From Betaproteobacteria bacterium (lineage in GTDB: Bacteria; Pseudomonadota; Gammaproteobacteria; Burkholderiales; Thiobacillaceae): 64,000 bases of DNA. The position numbers were made by a program, and so were the translations under genes. The notes below the pieces were generated by a model. It had not been told where the DNA came from, made no database searches, and worked only from the letters and a program-made list of their open reading frames with translations. Positions 18,998 through 26,511 of this stretch are shown here, piece after piece (position 1 is the stretch's first letter; every line of letters starts with the position of its first letter). Location: assembly GCA_016219425.1 (NCBI GenBank), contig JACRNB010000008.1, forward strand, positions 39,248 through 103,247, in the 5' to 3' direction.

Positions 18998-19498
18998 TTA
19001 GAAAGTGGCGCGGATTATTTCACGCATCGTGCTCAAAACATGAGCCGCGGCCTGAGCGCGGATGGCGCGGCGGTCGCCGGAGAAAAACCGTTTCTCCACC
19101 CGACACCCTTGCCCGGCGGCCCAGGCGAACCACACCGTCCCCACCGGCTTTTCCGCCGTACCGCCGGTGGGTCCGGCGATGCCGGTGATGGCAAAGGCGG
19201 CCTGGGCCGCGCTATGCGCCAGCGCGCCCAGCGCCATCTCGCGCGCGGTGGCCTCGCTCACCGCACCGTGCGCGTCCAGGGTCTCGCCCCGCACCCCGAG
19301 CATCTCCTGCTTGGCCGCGTTGCTGTAGGTGACAAAACCGCGCTCGAACCAGGCCGATGAGCCGGCGACGGCAGTACACGCCTGCGCCGCCCAACCGCCG
19401 GTGCAGGATTCGGCGCAGGCCAGCATCCAGCCCTTCTGCATCAGGGCCGCGCCGAGGTCTTGCGCCAAGGCTTCGAGGGTTTCCTGGGTCACATCCAT
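18998..19498 (-). CDS. pncC: CinA C-terminal domain protein / nicotinamide-nucleotide amidohydrolase
   Basis: [16 protein letters not shown]...LGV...L..HGAVSE motif set, 166 aa. Upstream of recA, as is common. Confidence 0.85.
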   Translation of the reverse strand: MDVTQETLEALAQDLGAALMQKGWMLACAESCTGGWAAQACTAVAGSSAWFERGFVTYSNAAKQEMLGVRGETLDAHGAVSEATAREMALGALAHSAAQAAFAITGIAGPTGGTAEKPVGTVWFAWAAGQGCRVEKRFFSGDRRAIRAQAAAHVLSTMREIIRATF

Positions 19499-19956
19499 CG
19501 TGCCGCCAGCAGCAGGACGACCACGGCATAGAGGGCGGCCACCAGGTCATCCAGCATCACCCCCAGGCCGCCGTGGACGCGCGCATCGAGCCAACCGATG
19601 GGGAAGGGCTTCCAGATGTCGAACAGGCGGAACAGGGCAAAGGCCAGCGCATACCCGGCCAGGGTGGGCGGCGCAAACGGCAGCACCAGGAGAAAAGCGG
19701 CGATCTCGTCCCAGACGATGCTGCCGTGGTCATGCTCGCCCAGCGCGCGCCCGGTAACACCGCAGGCCCAGATGCCGACCAGCACGAACGCCGCGCCCCA
19801 AACCCAGAACAGGGGAGAGCCCTGCAGAAGGAAATAGAGGGGGAAGGCGACCAGCGTGCCGGCAGTGCCGGGGGCCTTGGGGGCCAGGCCGGAACCGAAA
19901 CCCAAGGAGAGGAAGTGGGCGGGGTGGGAGAGGAGGAGGGAGGGAGGGCGCAACAT
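19489..19956 (-). CDS. pgpA: Phosphatidylglycerophosphatase A
   Basis: GFGSGLAPKAPGTAGT..DHGSIVWDEI..FRLFDIWKP is a PgpA signature. Confidence 0.85.
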   Translation of the reverse strand: MLRPPSLLLSHPAHFLSLGFGSGLAPKAPGTAGTLVAFPLYFLLQGSPLFWVWGAAFVLVGIWACGVTGRALGEHDHGSIVWDEIAAFLLVLPFAPPTLAGYALAFALFRLFDIWKPFPIGWLDARVHGGLGVMLDDLVAALYAVVVLLLAARWM

Positions 19957-19958
19957 AT

Positions 19959-21899
19959 TTATTTCAAATCAACATCCATGCTTTGCGCCTGCACCAGTAA
20001 CTGTGCGTACGGCATTCCAGTTACTAACTCCAATCTTCGCTGCATTTCAGGCCATATACGCTGATCTTGCTTAACACCCAGCTTAGCCTCCCAAATTTTC
20101 TGCTCCTCTGCCACCCTAGCGCTAAGCTCTGTCAAGCGCAGAGAATTCTGTCTCATGACAATAGAACTTATCGCACCTACCAACAAAAACTTTTCAGTTG
20201 AATACATGCTGGACGCTATCCCGGCACGCCACCACTGAAGTGCCAACTTCTTGTCCCCTCTTTTGGCCGCAAACAAACCTAAATAATAGTAACTCAGCCC
20301 ATGCCGTGGGTTGCAGTAGAGATTGCGGCCCAGCGCCTCCTGCGCACGCGCCCAATACACCCCAATCCGATCATGTTTTTCAATCAATGACACATAGGAT
20401 AATGCAAATCCAATATTGCAAGGCGAGCGCTCAATTCCAGCTTCAATTCGCGACAAGGCCGCCGAATAAATAGCAGAATCTTTCGCCCCCAAAAAATAGT
20501 ACGCATCAACCAGCTCAAACCCCATCACCATTTGCGGAGTCGGATGAAATGGATTCACCACAGAAAGAAAATGCGCCACACTGTACTTCGGGTACGTCGT
20601 GCCTATCCTTGCCAAGACCAACTGAATATCCCGTGCACCGTACAGCAAGCTCTGAACCCCAACCTGCCCCACCAGCAAATAGGCAATAATTACCCCATAA
20701 CCACCCACCGCAAGCCCTAGCGCCCTTGGTGCACGGGAGAATGTCTCTTGCCTTGGCGACGCCCCCCCAGAAATAACAGAAAAATACACACCAACCAACA
20801 AACAAACGGGAGCAAGATAAATAATGAAATTTACTGCCGCATGAAAAAAAATTGCGAGCACCCCCAACGCATACCCCAATCGTTCTACACCAAAATATCC
20901 GTCAGCCCTAGCGGGGCGCCTGGCGAACATCAATCCCATAACCACAAGACCCACAAGCAATAACAACATTGGCAAACCACCTTCCTGCCAAAGTTGCAGA
21001 TAATCGTTGTGCGCCCATATCCCCGCACTACCCATCTCATTGGGCAATCTATAGCGCGGGTACAAATAAAAAAATGAGCCCAACCCAGCCCCTAACCAAG
21101 GGCTATCCTTGATCATAAGCCACGTTGAAGTTATCAGCATCAATCTTGGATCATCACCGTGCCGCACAAATTCTGCGATCCTTTGCGGAATTGCTTGAGA
21201 CGATTGGGGAAGAACGACCCAGCTAGCCAAATATGCCACCAACACCACAGCCATCAGGAGGAATAGTTTTCTGACAACGTCATCACTTTTCCGCACCGAC
21301 CAAGCCAAATATGCAAAGACCATCGCCAGGGAAAGCCATGCGCCTTTCGATGCCACAAGAAAAGCCGTAAAAACAGCCCCGCCAAACAATGCCAATTGAA
21401 GAGTTCTTTTCCACCACACAACCGCCCGCAAATCACATCCCAAATATTTTGCCAACAGCGGAACGAGAAGAATGTTGATCAACGCTGCATAAGCATTTGG
21501 ATCGCTGAATGGGCCTTGTGGTTTGCCTGTATAAGTATTAGGGCCTTGCAACAGACCCCACACCACCACCCACCACAACAAAAAAGGCAATGCACGATCC
21601 AGGAATTTGTTTAACAAACCTTGCTGTTGCAACACACCCCCAAAAATCCACCCCATAGGAAGGCACAACAAGACCCCCGCATATCCGAAGGATAGCCCCG
21701 GGGACAAACTCCAAGAAACGCTTAATGGAACCCATATGGCCCAAGCAAACATCACCCCGGCCAGTACGTTCAGCTTTGGGGACTGTCCACGAACAAAGGG
21801 GGCTATCGCCGCAGGCAATAAAACAACCGCAGCCAACGCAGCCGTCGGGGCAATAACGCTGGCAATCAAGGCAACAGCAAGCACAACCATGTAGAGCAT
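19959..21899 (-). CDS. O-antigen ligase/Wzy_C family membrane protein, candidate pilin O-oligosaccharyltransferase (TfpO/PglL-like) with ~200-aa C-terminal TPR-like extension
   Basis: More than 10 TM segments and the Wzy_C core WAHNDYLQLWQEGGLP. Lies immediately downstream of pilA. GC is visibly lower. ATG at 21899 is preferred, because the TTG at 21926 lies inside the pilA terminator hairpin. Confidence 0.65.
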   Translation of the reverse strand: MLYMVVLAVALIASVIAPTAALAAVVLLPAAIAPFVRGQSPKLNVLAGVMFAWAIWVPLSVSWSLSPGLSFGYAGVLLCLPMGWIFGGVLQQQGLLNKFLDRALPFLLWWVVVWGLLQGPNTYTGKPQGPFSDPNAYAALINILLVPLLAKYLGCDLRAVVWWKRTLQLALFGGAVFTAFLVASKGAWLSLAMVFAYLAWSVRKSDDVVRKLFLLMAVVLVAYLASWVVLPQSSQAIPQRIAEFVRHGDDPRLMLITSTWLMIKDSPWLGAGLGSFFYLYPRYRLPNEMGSAGIWAHNDYLQLWQEGGLPMLLLLVGLVVMGLMFARRPARADGYFGVERLGYALGVLAIFFHAAVNFIIYLAPVCLLVGVYFSVISGGASPRQETFSRAPRALGLAVGGYGVIIAYLLVGQVGVQSLLYGARDIQLVLARIGTTYPKYSVAHFLSVVNPFHPTPQMVMGFELVDAYYFLGAKDSAIYSAALSRIEAGIERSPCNIGFALSYVSLIEKHDRIGVYWARAQEALGRNLYCNPRHGLSYYYLGLFAAKRGDKKLALQWWRAGIASSMYSTEKFLLVGAISSIVMRQNSLRLTELSARVAEEQKIWEAKLGVKQDQRIWPEMQRRLELVTGMPYAQLLVQAQSMDVDLK

Positions 21900-21907
21900 A
21901 TCGCCCA

Positions 21908-21940
21908 CCAAAAAAGACGCCGACAAAGTGTCGGCGTCTT
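21908..21940 (-). terminator. Rho-independent terminator after pilA
   Basis: On the minus strand: aagacgccgac-acttt-gtcggcgtctt followed by tttttt. Confidence 0.7.
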
Positions 21941-22018
21941 ACTAGCGCGTCAAAAAACGACCCACCTCAGGATGGAACTAGGTGCCTATTAGTCCGCATC
22001 ACAATTGAAGTAATCCGA

Positions 22019-22390
22019 TTAACACAAAGTCGTCGGGGCACACGCAGCTCCCCAAGTGCCGGCGTTCGGGGTAAGCGTGTAGGTACCATCACCGTTACCG
22101 GCAACAATTACGCCATTGATCACACTACTCACGCTCCCAGCAGCGGCCGGAATCCCGCTGCTACCTGCGTCACAAGCTGCATAGCTGGTATCAACAGTCT
22201 GGTAACAAGCATCTACTGCCGTTTTATATGGGGCCGTGGCATTGATAACGCTGACGAAGTTCGCCTTCGTCGTGTAGCTCTGGTAGCTAGGCACCGCCAC
22301 CGCAGCCAGGATGCCGATGATGGCAATAACAATCAGCAGTTCAATCAGGGTAAAGCCGCCTTGGGCGGTGGGGGTACGCATCGGGGTCAT
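22019..22390 (-). CDS. pilA: Type IVa pilin
   Basis: Leader ..AQGG followed by [24 protein letters not shown]. Two C-terminal cysteines (C..APTTLC). RBS ggagga sits 6 nt upstream of the ATG at 22390. Confidence 0.9.
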   Translation of the reverse strand: MTPMRTPTAQGGFTLIELLIVIAIIGILAAVAVPSYQSYTTKANFVSVINATAPYKTAVDACYQTVDTSYAACDAGSSGIPAAAGSVSSVINGVIVAGNGDGTYTLTPNAGTWGAACAPTTLC

Positions 22391-22651
22391 TCTTGAATCC
22401 TCCAAACGGGTTGAAAAAACCGGTCCTGCCACCCGGCAGGGTCGGGTGATGGTAAGCCAAATCGGTTGCAACGCCATAGCGCACGGGAAAAATCTTGCCA
22501 CCGGGGTCGACCCAGCCAACTCGCCCAAACTGAGCCGGGCGCAGCCCCATTCTTCCTGATACGGGACGAGCCTGACTTGAGCCTCGTCACACCTGCGAAG
22601 GCCGACATCCAGTGAACAGCCGCTGACGCCTCATGTCGGGTTACGGCTTCG

Positions 22652-22738
22652 CCTCTCAAGTTGTTCGCCGGGCCGCCCCAAGAACGACTTGACCCCCACG
22701 GGGGGCGGCTCGGGCGGTTTTCCCGAGCCGGGGGCGCT
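22652..22738. repeat. REP-like element, family B, intergenic (preceded by a family E fragment at 22628-22650)
   Basis: See 4028-4116. Same hairpins. Confidence 0.75.
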
Positions 22739-22981
22739 GCTAACCCTGCTGGGGTTGCAACCGGTGGCCGAACAGTTCCATTCCGCCCTCGTCGAGTTGC
22801 GCGAGTCGGAACCCGACTGTGGCATCGGCGAAACCGCATTCCGCTACTGGCGAGCAGCCTTGGGCGGGAGCTGAATCTCGCCACCAGTCCGGCACGGGTT
22901 CCCCATCAATACCTTCGATTCGCCATCACAGTATTGTTCCTGTAATTCGGTGAATATTGATATGTACCGATATTAAGGAAC

Positions 22982-23593
22982 ATGCTGACTCATATGAACA
23001 CCACCGCCGAGAGGCTGATCGATCTGGTGCGATCCAGTGGGCTTGTCCGCCCATGTGATCTGGCGCCACTGGGAATCCCCCGCGTTTCCCTGACCCGCGC
23101 CGTCCGGCATGGGCAGTTGGAGCGTGTCGGGCGCGGCCTCTACGGACTGCCTGGGCGAGAGGTATCGGCCCACGGATCGCTGGCGGAGGTGGCGCGCAGG
23201 GTGCCCAAAGGGGTGGTTTGCCTGCTCTCTGCGCTGCGATTTCACGACCTGACGACCCAAGCCCCGTTTCAGGTGTGGCTGGCCATCGAGAACAAAGCCA
23301 TTGCACCGAAGCTCGACTACCCGCCCCTGCGCATCGTCCGTTTCTCCGGCGCGGCGTTCACCGAGGGCGTCGAGGAACATAGCGTGGACGGGGTGACCGT
23401 TCGCGTGACCGGCGTCGCCAAGACCGTCGCCGACTGTTTCAAGTACCGCAACAAGATCGGCCTCGATGTCACCCTGGAGGCACTGCGCGAGGCCTGGCAC
23501 GAGAAGCGCATGACCAGTGACGACATCTGGCGTTACGCCAAGGTCTGCCGCGTGGCCAACGTAATGCGTCCCTACCTGGAGAGCCTGGTATGA
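22982..23593 (+). CDS. abiEi: AbiEi-family type IV TA antitoxin (transcriptional regulator)
   Basis: N-terminal wHTH (LVRPCDL..GIPRVSLTRAVRHGQLERVGRGLY) and C-terminal AbiEi_4-like region. Its stop overlaps the start of the AbiEii remnant (ATGA). Confidence 0.85.
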   Translation: MLTHMNTTAERLIDLVRSSGLVRPCDLAPLGIPRVSLTRAVRHGQLERVGRGLYGLPGREVSAHGSLAEVARRVPKGVVCLLSALRFHDLTTQAPFQVWLAIENKAIAPKLDYPPLRIVRFSGAAFTEGVEEHSVDGVTVRVTGVAKTVADCFKYRNKIGLDVTLEALREAWHEKRMTSDDIWRYAKVCRVANVMRPYLESLV

Positions 23594-24179
23594 CCGTTCG
23601 GAACATCGGCGCGTCGATTCGCGACCGGTTGCTCAACAAGGCGCGGGCCGAGAAGCTGGACTACAACCTGTTGCTGACTCGATATGCCTTGGAACGCATG
23701 CTCTACCGTTTGAGCACCTCGGAACAGCGCGACCAGTTCCTGCTCAAGGGGGCGCTGCTGTTCGATCTTTGGTTCGACGTGCCGCATCGGCCCACCCATG
23801 ACGCTGACTTCCTCGGTTTCGGATCGACCGAGAGTCCACATCTGGAACGGCTTTTCCAGGACATCTGCCGCATCGAGGTCGAGGATGGCATTCCGACTTT
23901 GATGGAGCCGTGCTGTCGCGAGCGGTCTCGGCCACCTTCGAGCGGCGGCGCACGACCATTCCCCAGGGCTTACCGGTTGGCTTGAGTGACGAGTTCATCC
24001 ATGACATCCAGAAGGGAAAGCAGTGGCAGGCCTTCCTGCGCAAGAACGCCCTGGACCCGATGTCACTCGCCGACGTGATAGCTGATCTGTGCGAATTTCT
24101 GTCGCCGGTGTTGGCGGCGCTCTCCGCACATGACAATCTCGACACGGACTGGCGGGCTGGGGAGGGATGGCGAAAGTAG
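23590..24179 (+). pseudogene. abiEii: AbiEii/AbiGii nucleotidyltransferase toxin, internally deleted and frameshifted
   Basis: The N-terminal ~100 aa (FLLKGALLFDLW..RPTHDADFLG..ICRIEVEDGI) are in one frame. The C-terminal ~90 aa (FDGAVLSRAVSATFERRRTTIP..KQWQAFLRKN) are in another. The central ~100+ aa expected for this family are missing. Confidence 0.8.
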
Positions 24180-24334
24180 CGTAGGCAGTTCGATAGCGTG
24201 AACGTGGATCGAACTCCGGACCACCGGAAAGCAAACCAGCAGCACACTGTTGAGTTCGTGAGTTACGAAGCAACGCAGGAAAGATTCCAGCAAGAGTGGC
24301 TGGAGATTGTGAACAAAACACAAGGAAAGAAACC

Positions 24335-24709
24335 ATGACCAAGGTCGTCGTTCGCACGGATGATGTGGCGGGCTTCTTCGCGCGCGCCAGGGATGCCGCA
24401 CGCCGGGCCGATCGAGGCGAGGCCTTCGAAGGCAAGGTCACGCTCTCGTTCGAAGATCCCCAGCGGATGTTTACCGTCCTGTCGGAGGCGCGTCGCCGTC
24501 TGATGCTTGAGGTCATGCAGGAGGCCAGGACCATCAACGAGCTATCCCATCGCCTGCACCGGAATCGCTCGGCCATCTCCAAGGATGTCGGATTGCTGGA
24601 GAAGATGGGGTTGATCGTGTCGGAGCGGCAGGCCAACCCTGGCCACGGCATTCAGAAGGCGGTGCGATCTATCGCACCGAAAATCGAGATGGTGGCGACG
24701 CTGGGGTAG
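24335..24709 (+). CDS. Winged-helix (MarR/ArsR-like) DNA-binding protein, antitoxin-like
   Basis: LSFEDPQRMFTVLSEARRRLMLEVMQEARTINELSHRLHRNRSAISKDVGLLEKMGLI. RBS aggaaag. Start trimmed to the ATG at 24335. Confidence 0.7.
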   Translation: MTKVVVRTDDVAGFFARARDAARRADRGEAFEGKVTLSFEDPQRMFTVLSEARRRLMLEVMQEARTINELSHRLHRNRSAISKDVGLLEKMGLIVSERQANPGHGIQKAVRSIAPKIEMVATLG

Positions 24710-24716
24710 CCAACGT

Positions 24717-25754
24717 TCAACCCAGCCAACCCGCCGCCCCCAGTTCCGGCGCGATGCCCTCCAGCGCCGCCAGCCCGCGGCGAGCCCGCATCGCCCAGCC
24801 CTTGCCGCGCGAGGACAGATCCGCCCAGGCCGCCTCGATCTCCCAGGGGCGGCGTTCGCGGTAATACGCCAGCAGGGCGGCGGCTTGCAGCAAGTCCTTC
24901 TGGCCCTTGTGCAGAAAGGCGCCAGCGCGCTCGCCGTAGACCAGCAATTTGTGCACGGCATAGCGTGCGGGGTCGGGGAGACTCACCGTCACCGCGCCCT
25001 CCGGGCAGAACAGCGCCGCCTGGATCGGGGATTGCAGCCCGAATTCCATGAATTTCAGGGGTTGCAACGGGATACCCAGGCGCGGGTGGATATACGGTTC
25101 GTCGCCGCCGCGTTTGAGCGTGGTGAGAAAGTCCAGCCTGAACTCGGGCTGGCGCGGGTTGAGGAAGGTCGCCCCGCGCTTGCCGGAAAGCTGCGTCACC
25201 GGGAGCAGGCCCATCTGGAGCGATTCAATGGCCTTGGGCACGTCGATCTCGATGCTGGACGGCAGCGCAATCGACAGATTCTTGCCCGCATGTGCGAAAT
25301 CCACATCCTGGGTGCGCGAGGCGTCGCCCCAATGCACACCAAGCAGGTTGCCGTAGGCCAGAAAGGCATGCGTGCCGACCAGCAGCCCGCCGGCGCGGAA
25401 GAAACCGAAATCGGCCAGTTGCCGAATCACCCGGTAATGTCGGGGCAGCAGCCCCGCGCACCCCAGAGCCAGGGCGGAGCGCGCCAGGGGGATCAGGGGG
25501 CTCGCGCGTGCTGTTTGGGTCTGTCCGACCAGCGCCTGCACCTCCGGGGTGTCCGGCCCCACATAGAGTTGCCGGTGCACGCCATCCAACCCGGCGAACT
25601 GGAAGTACCAGTATTTCCGCCCCTTCACGGTCTTGCTGGAAAACGCGCCGCGCAAGTCCGCCACGCCACGCGCAAGGTCTGCGGCCAGGGCGACCTCGAA
25701 CAACTCGGCGTAGGCGGTCTGGGCAGTGAGGGTAAGTTCGGTGTGGCGGGGCAT
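24717..25754 (-). CDS. Nucleotidyltransferase-fold protein (resembles the GSU2403-type family); function unknown
   Basis: 345-aa ORF. The central region (GTHAFLAYGNLLGV..SRTQDVDFA) resembles a minimal NTase fold. Assignment is from memory of the family, not a search. Confidence 0.5.
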   Translation of the reverse strand: MPRHTELTLTAQTAYAELFEVALAADLARGVADLRGAFSSKTVKGRKYWYFQFAGLDGVHRQLYVGPDTPEVQALVGQTQTARASPLIPLARSALALGCAGLLPRHYRVIRQLADFGFFRAGGLLVGTHAFLAYGNLLGVHWGDASRTQDVDFAHAGKNLSIALPSSIEIDVPKAIESLQMGLLPVTQLSGKRGATFLNPRQPEFRLDFLTTLKRGGDEPYIHPRLGIPLQPLKFMEFGLQSPIQAALFCPEGAVTVSLPDPARYAVHKLLVYGERAGAFLHKGQKDLLQAAALLAYYRERRPWEIEAAWADLSSRGKGWAMRARRGLAALEGIAPELGAAGWLG

Positions 25755-25758
25755 GAAA

Positions 25759-25791
25759 GTTATACTTGGGCTCGATTGAAATTAGTATAAC
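25759..25791. promoter_or_regulatory. 8-bp perfect inverted repeat (GTTATACT-N17-AGTATAAC) abutting the start codon of the NTase-fold gene
   Basis: AT-rich palindrome in otherwise GC-rich DNA, 5 nt upstream of the ATG at 25754. Operator-like. Confidence 0.35.
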
Positions 25792-25844
25792 CGCGTGCGT
25801 TGCGAGGCCAGGTGCACTGCTGACTCGACGCGCCGTCTCCGCCT

Positions 25845-25885
25845 CATGTCGGGTTACGCTGCGCTAACCCGACCTACGACCTACG
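25845..25885. repeat. REP-like repeat, family E
   Basis: catgtcgggttacgctgcgctaacccgacctacg. Confidence 0.65.
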
Positions 25886-25887
25886 CC

Positions 25888-26178
25888 CTACACCGGCGAA
25901 TGGGTCTTGACCCACTCCCGCATCGCCTCATTCACGCGCGTCTGCCAGCCCTTGCCGGAGGCCTTGAGCGCCGCCAGCACATCGGCGTCGAAGCGGATGG
26001 TGGTCGGCACCTTGAGCGGGCGCGTGGAAGGCGGACGCCCGAAACGGACCAAGGGTTTGACCGCCTCCCATTCCTCATCGGTCAGCGGCATCGCATCCGG
26101 GTCGGACATCGCCGCCGCCGTGATGATGGCGTCTTCTTCCGGGGTGGGGATGATCGTTCCAGGTTTAAGTCTTGGCAT
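25888..26178 (-). CDS. brnA: BrnA-family antitoxin
   Basis: MPLTDEEWE.. ..IRFDADVLAALKASGKGWQTRVNEAMREWV is a typical BrnA C-terminus. Overlaps brnT by 14 nt. Confidence 0.85.
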   Translation of the reverse strand: MPRLKPGTIIPTPEEDAIITAAAMSDPDAMPLTDEEWEAVKPLVRFGRPPSTRPLKVPTTIRFDADVLAALKASGKGWQTRVNEAMREWVKTHSPV

Positions 26179-26431
26179 AGTGGTTCACCTCTCTCGGGTT
26201 GGCCTTGCGCAAACTGATGACGCGCCGCCCATCGGCGCGATCCACGAAGGCCACGAAAAACAACCGCAGCCCGATGTACCCGATTCCGCACTGGCGCGCC
26301 TCGCCATACGCGCGCCGGGCATCCGGCCACATCAGCGCCGTCTCCCACTCCAACCGCGCCGCCAACCCCAGCGACACGCCATGCTTGGCGAGGTTGGCGG
26401 CATCCTTGGCGGGATCAGACGTGATGTTCAT
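26165..26431 (-). CDS. brnT: BrnT-family toxin (DUF497)
   Basis: DPAKDAANLAKHGVSL..GEARQCGIGYIG.RLFFVAFVDRADGRRVISLRKANPREV. Start taken at MNITSDP. Confidence 0.85.
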   Translation of the reverse strand: MNITSDPAKDAANLAKHGVSLGLAARLEWETALMWPDARRAYGEARQCGIGYIGLRLFFVAFVDRADGRRVISLRKANPREVNHYAKT

Positions 26432-26511
26432 GTCACTTATTGTATTAACAATAACAAAGCCCGGCAATCGGGATTTCGGCCTTCACGGCCCGCACCGGCG
26501 GGGGTCGCCTG

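Noticed and set aside
18984-19100. LexA/SOS box (CTGT-N8-ACAG) upstream of recA
   Set aside because: Only 14 nt separate recA from the upstream cinA-like gene. I found no CTGT-N8-ACAG motif there or in the adjacent 100 nt. recA may be driven from further upstream.
22391-22560. Sigma-54 (GG-N10-GC) promoter upstream of pilA, as in many type IV pilin genes
   Set aside because: I checked the three TGGCA-containing stretches on the minus strand. None has the correct GG-N10-GC spacing with a TTGC-like -12 element, so I cannot support a call.
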